64,000 nucleotides of DNA from Yuukianura sp. NJ FZ-2021 (Eukaryota). The notes beneath the pieces were generated by a model. It was not told where the DNA came from and ran no database searches. It worked only from the letters and a program-made list of their open reading frames with translations. Position numbers and translations under genes: made by a program. Positions 61,324 to 64,000 of this stretch are shown piece by piece (the first letter of the stretch is position 1; the number at the start of each line of letters is the position of its first letter). The DNA is taken from NCBI GenBank assembly GCA_046563655.1, contig JAJCTO010000011.1, positions 434,001 through 498,000 on the forward strand, written 5' to 3'.

Positions 61324-64000
61324 AGTAGTAGCCTAGGGGGGACTTTCACGCCAAATCGACCTTTGGACCCATAAGGTTTAAAACCCACTGGCGTGAGATC
61401 CTTATGACTTATCAAAGTCAGACTAATTAAGACTTCCTTTATTGCACATATGGTAATTAAAACTTAAGACCTCAATTTCTATTCACATGTCGCGCTTGAG
61501 CTTCTCGTAGCAATGTAAAAACCGCAGACCCATGACTAATTGAACCTTGGAACTTGAAAGAAAGATTGAATGTTCACATCGATATTAAATGTGTGTAAAA
61601 ATAAATATGTTCCAACCTTTACGGAGACTTTCAGTCTCTGAAAAACTCCTCAACTATTCAGTTGTCCTAAGATTCTTATTGTCCTAAACATTTGCTATTG
61701 TTATAATGTCGAAGCGCCAAGGAACACCAATTGTTGGACCATCCACTAAACTCTTTAACTGCATACTGTGCGCTCATGGATTTACCTCTCGACCATTATT
61801 AAAACTACATTTTGACACAGTCCATAAAAACTGTCTTGAACTAGCTCCACCAGGTTACGATGTCACAAACGAGAGTATTCTACAAGAATATCGCCATTTG
61901 TTTTGCTATACTTGTGGACTTTCATTTAATTGTCGGAATAAACTTCAAGAACATTTCTACACAACTCACCCAGACTTCAACATTCAAGATGGCGGAGGAG
62001 TGTCAACAGATCCAATAACTGTGAAACTAGTGTTGGAATCTCTGAGAATGAGTCGGAAGTATTTGGCAGAACATGATGCATTTGAATGCGGTGAAGGTGT
62101 CGACGAGAGATTTTTTCGCAAATGTGAAGCAATCATCACATGAAGTCATCCAAGAAGACATCTCCAGATGGAAGAACCTAAGGATATTTTTTACCTTGGG
62201 GTGTCACTTCACAAAGACACACGCAGATGGAACAGTTGAATCAAAAGATGCTGGATTCACATCATTTCGACACCTTGTCTTCAATGCAAACATGCTACCT
62301 AAAGTTTGGTCAATCATGTGCAACCAAATGTCAGATCAAATTGAAGACTTCACAAATGAAGGAAGCCGCTGGACTCTGGATTCTATTTTGAAATTTGGAT
62401 TTGTCACTTCAAAGTATCAATTCACCAAGATTGGTACATACATGGATACCCCATACCCACTATCGACTCAAAAAGTTCTTCTTAACATCAACTACAGCAA
62501 AGTGTCAATTGACGATTCCCACAATAAATGCTTCGTCTGGTCAGTGCTCGCTCATGACAAAATCGGTGGCATACCGGTTGGGAAAAACAATCATAGGTGC
62601 CGCATTGACAAGCTAGAGAAAACATACCAGCCACATGAATACAAGTTGAACACTAAAGGACTCCATTTTCCGATGACTTTGGAGCAGATCCCTCACTTTG
62701 AAGAACTCAACCCGAACATTTCTATAACCGTTCTCGGCTATGACATGGATGGTGATGATATGATTTTACAGAAGCTGAGCAAAATTGAATCATTTAATTT
62801 TATACAAAGCAAGATTTCATTACTGTACAATTCCCAACAGTCGAAAGACATACATGTGGACTTGATGTGTCTAATGCAAGGAAACAACGCACACTTCGTC
62901 CTGATTCGAAACCTTGAAGCCTTAATGAGAGCACCAAATGATCACAAAGTCAAGCATATTTGTCGCAACTGTCTGTCAAATTTTCGAACAATTCAAACCC
63001 TGGAAGAGCACATCAAGTATTGCGCCTCGCTGGATCTTCAGAAAGTTGTATATCCAACTGACAATAAATTGACTTTCAACAAGTGGGCCAGAACTCAGCC
63101 TGTACCATTTCGATTCTACGCTGACTTTGAAGCTTTCCTGCCAAAGTTCAATCCCTCAACTATAGAAGAGGAGGAGCGCCGACAACTCAAAGAAGAAATA
63201 CGCGGAAGACCAGTTCAACCTGTGAATAAGTGTTGCACTCACCTACACAAGCCATGCGGATATGCATGGGTTTGCGTAGACTTCAATGGAAAGCGCAGGC
63301 ATGGTGAATATTATCATATCACTAACGATGACGAAGACGTTGCTGCCAAATTTATTCAGAGCATTACTGAGTACTCTAAAACACTGGAAGAGGAAGTGCG
63401 TTACTATGAAAAAATTGCACCAGATATGCTTAATCTGACTCCAGCACAAAGAAGTGCTGCTGCGCTTGAAAAAAAATGTTGTTTCTGCAAGAAGACATTG
63501 GATGGGACTAAAGTGCGACACCATTCACATCTTCCACCGTTCAACTATATCGGAATGGCTCATCAAGACTGCAACCTGCAAGCGCAAATCAAAAAGGAGT
63601 TTCCCGTCTTCATGCACAACTTCTCCTCGTACGATGTGCACTTCATTGTGCAATCTGCTGGAAAGCTAAAGCAGGACGGTATCATCAAGGATATCACTGT
63701 AATCCCTAAGAGCAGTGAAAAATATATGTCCATGAGTATCGTTCCCGCATACCACGATGATGTCGATGAGGACGAAGAACCACCTCGCTGGCAGAAGAAG
63801 CCCTTCAAGCTGAGGTTTACAGACAGTCTTGGATTTACACTGAAATCCTTGGACAAATTAGTGAAAGTGATGCGAGCTGATCCCAATGCCAAATTTCCAA
63901 TCACAAGACAGGAGTTTGCACAAAACGATGACATTGAGCTTCTCTTCAATAAGGGTGTTTACCCTTATTCTCTCATGAAGTCTTGTAAAGATTTCAAAAT
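61324..64000 (+). mobile_element. Left end of a Polinton/Maverick element
   Basis: The satellite monomer breaks off into AGTAGTAGCC (Polinton-type terminus); a pPolB gene starts ~380 bp later. Confidence 0.8.
61706..64000 (+). CDS. Protein-primed family B DNA polymerase (Polinton type), N-terminal part; one frameshift near 62110-62143; runs off the window
   Basis: Two N-terminal C2H2 fingers, then an open frame from ~62140 to the end: EGSRWTLDSI, NKCFVWSVLA, FPMTLEQIPHFEELN, HFVLIRNL, CRNC..H..C, FYADFEA (ExoI), CCFC..VRHHSH..AHQDCNL, HNFSSYDVHFI (ExoII), FTDSLGF, KGVYPY. Confidence 0.88.

Overview
Eukaryotic (invertebrate-like, compact introns) genomic DNA. It starts with two ordinary convergent host genes: the 3' part of GPR107/108 (+) and SNX3/12 (-). 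Next is a decayed tandem pair of cytosolic sulfotransferase genes. The first is split by a 13.3-kb nest: a non-autonomous CMC/CACTA-type element (CCCGGTG ends, 2-bp TSD) holding a young Ty3/Gypsy LTR retrotransposon, a foldback MITE and a second, RT-less LTR element. The Gypsy element is the standout. It has apparently identical LTRs with non-canonical TA...TA ends, a bacterial-type (SCO6735/ALC1-like class) ADP-ribose macrodomain ORF between gag and pol, and a second Gag-like ORF (capsid-like segment, polyproline, CCHC knuckle) in the env position behind a splice acceptor. Further right are a tRNA-derived SINE, decayed CR1-like and L1/Tx1-like LINEs with nested insertions, a deleted PIF/Harbinger element, and a small virus-like gene island (C2H2/acidic ORF, BIR-RING IAP pseudogene). 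A ~24.7-kb satellite of 147/162-bp monomers with higher-order repeats follows, ending abruptly at an AGTAGT Polinton/Maverick terminus and a protein-primed DNA polymerase B gene that runs off the window. All family assignments come from motif recognition by eye; no searches were run.
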